Below, piece by piece: positions 62,189-64,000 of a stretch of DNA of 64,000 nucleotides. The position numbers were made by a program, and so were the translations under genes. The first letter of the stretch is position 1; each line of letters begins with the position of its first letter. The notes beneath the pieces were generated by a model. That model did not search any database, was not told the origin of the DNA, and was given only the letters and a program-made list of their open reading frames with translations. Where the stretch lies: assembly GCA_963833095.1 (NCBI GenBank), contig CAWHWQ010000008.1, positions 1 through 64,000 of the forward strand, written 5' to 3'. The stretch is from Vulcanimicrobiota bacterium (GTDB lineage: Bacteria; Vulcanimicrobiota; Vulcanimicrobiia; Vulcanimicrobiales; Vulcanimicrobiaceae).

Positions 62189-62638
62189 CTAGCCCACCAA
62201 GTGGGCGTTGATCTGCGCAACGAGCGGCGCTTCGCCGGCGAGTTCGACCACCTCGACGCCGGCTTCGGCTAAAACCTCAGCACCACGGCCTTCCACAAAA
62301 ACCGACGGCTCTCGCATCGCAAAGACCACTCTTGGGATTCCGGCCTCGAGAATTCTCGCGGTACACGCGCGCAGCCCCGAACCGCGTACGCTGCACGGTT
62401 CGAGCGACGTGTAAAGCGTGCTGCCTTGCAAATCGACCCGTAGCTCGAGCGCTTTTTCGATCGCAACTTGCTCGGCGTGCCATTGCGCGCCGCGTTCACG
62501 GCTGTAACCGGTCGTCAAAGTCGTACCGTCGGCGGCCGCGATAATCGAGCCGACCGAGAAGGCCGTGTTCGACGCCGGTGCGTTTCGCGACAAAGCGATC
62601 GCCTCGCGGAGCAGCCGCTGATCGCGCGCGTCGATCAT
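62189..62638 (-). CDS. Zn-dependent deaminase (RibD N-terminal-like)
   Basis: AFSVG, HAE, SLEPC...C. Confidence 0.85.
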   Translation of the reverse strand: MIDARDQRLLREAIALSRNAPASNTAFSVGSIIAAADGTTLTTGYSRERGAQWHAEQVAIEKALELRVDLQGSTLYTSLEPCSVRGSGLRACTARILEAGIPRVVFAMREPSVFVEGRGAEVLAEAGVEVVELAGEAPLVAQINAHLVG

Positions 62639-63252
62639 GCGCTGGGATGCTCGTAGTCGAGTACCGCCATATCTCCGAGCGCTCGCACGCGCGCAAGCGC
62701 GAGGCGGTGGCGAGCATCGTTGAGAAACGATGCCGCGTTGACTAGGCGCGGCGCACCGGCATCGCCGACAAAGAACGGAGCAATCGCCAGACGCAGACGA
62801 TCGAATGTTCCGCTAGCGAGAAATGCGGTGAGAATGCGCGTGCCGCCCTCGACGAAGAGCGAGCGCACGCCGCAGTCCGTCAAGGCCGCAATGATCGAGG
62901 AGGGCTCGAAGCTCTCGATTCCGATTATTTCGGCATGACTGCCGAACCGCGTGCGCAGCTTCTCGACGCGGTCGCGTGCGGTCAAGACGATCGTCCGCGC
63001 GCTCCCGTCGAAAAAATTTAGCGACGGATCGAAGTCGCCCGACGCCGTTACGGTGACGCGCGCGGCTGATCCACTACGCAGCGACGGGTTGTCGCGCCGC
63101 ACGGTTTCGGCCCCGACGAGAATCGCGTCACTTTCCTCGCGCGCAAGGCGCATCTCGGCGAGGTCCTCGGGGCTCGAGAGAACGAGGCGTTGGGACGAAC
63201 GATCGTCGATATAGCCATCCAGCGAGATCGCGACCGATATGTGAACGCGCAC
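62635..63252 (-). CDS. RibD C-terminal / DHFR-family reductase
   Basis: SVAISLDGYIDD, DAILVGAETVRRDNPSL, VEGG, IAPFFVGD. Confidence 0.88.
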   Translation of the reverse strand: MRVHISVAISLDGYIDDRSSQRLVLSSPEDLAEMRLAREESDAILVGAETVRRDNPSLRSGSAARVTVTASGDFDPSLNFFDGSARTIVLTARDRVEKLRTRFGSHAEIIGIESFEPSSIIAALTDCGVRSLFVEGGTRILTAFLASGTFDRLRLAIAPFFVGDAGAPRLVNAASFLNDARHRLALARVRALGDMAVLDYEHPSA

Positions 63253-64000
63253 CCTGCGCCGTTCGATGACGGTACGTAGCTGCGCCTGCGTTTCGTCGAT
63301 GAGCGTCGCGGGATGCGGGGCGTCTCCCCTGGCGCCGAACACCGCGCGGTGCAGGCGAACCGGCGGCGCGACGCGCTCGAGCTGGGCCAGATGATGCTCG
63401 CAGATCGTGGTCGCCGGTGCCGCGGACGACGTCGCGCAGGGCGGCTCGCGCGTCAGCGACACGCCGCCGCACCAGAAGCTCGGTGCGAATCGGGTACACG
63501 AACCACGTCGCGACGATCGCGCACAGGGCGCCAATGACAATGCACAGCACGCGCACGGCAAAGAGCGGGCCCGGATCCGTCGCCTTGCGAGCCTTGCAAG
63601 AGCGCGAAGATCAGCGTCGCGCACGCCGCCCAATAGGCGTAGTTGACCGTACGCAGCCAGATGCCGAAGAAGAGTACGACGAAGATGACCGCTGCGCTGA
63701 CGGTACCGTTTGGCATTGCGACGCGCGAAAGAATGGCGGCGATCAGCGTCCCGCCGATCGCACCACCAACGCGCAGCAGACCTTTGTAGATCGCATCGCC
63801 GCGCCCAACCGCGCCGCTGCAGACGATGAACGCCGTCAACACGACCCACGACCAATGCTGCGGAAAGGCGAACATCCCGATCGCAAACGCCAGCGCCAGC
63901 GCGACCAGCATCTGCAGCGCCATCCGCGTGGGGACCGTCATGCGATGCGCTGCACCGCGGACGTACACACGAAGGCGATGGCACCGGCAAGTATCACGAG
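63253..64000 (-). CDS. FUSC-family membrane protein (5' end outside window), frameshifted
   Basis: RMALQMLVALALAF, HWSWVVLTAFIV, KGLLRVGGAIGGT, NYAYWA. Confidence 0.82.

Overview
GC-rich bacterial chromosomal window. Gene content suggests, by inference only, a soil lineage such as Ca. Eremiobacterota/Vulcanimicrobiota. It reads like an unpolished long-read consensus: many conserved genes carry 1-nt indels, most densely at 1.2-6.3 kb, so 'broken' genes are treated as probable errors rather than pseudogenes. Content: arginase, a BMP-type nucleoside ABC importer, ilvE, chrA, an OFA-MFS plus formate dehydrogenase operon (alpha subunit with in-frame UGA and a SECIS hairpin, i.e. a selenoprotein, with no Tat signal), a hybrid kinase, PolX-PHP, rpsO, a PAS-SpoIIE phosphatase, split transketolase, an HNH protein, GGDEF/EAL proteins, ggt, pnp, secreted lipoproteins, UbiD/UbiA-type menaquinone genes, a YtrA-type GntR/ABC operon flanked by two small ORFs, an M48-RDD fusion, and RibD-like reductase and deaminase genes. 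I saw no tRNA, rRNA, CRISPR array, integrase or transposase. I cannot demonstrate a new system from sequence alone. The best leads are: (i) a 269-bp nested-palindrome element with a related copy about 49 kb away; (ii) rpsO and pnp separated by a 10.6-kb block bounded by a near-identical 17-nt hairpin; (iii) several pseudo-enzymes (M48-RDD lacking Zn ligands, an ABC ATPase lacking Walker A plus its membrane partner, a Cys-less PfpI); (iv) the small-ORF-flanked YtrA operon; (v) an apparent FUSC-RibD reductase fusion.
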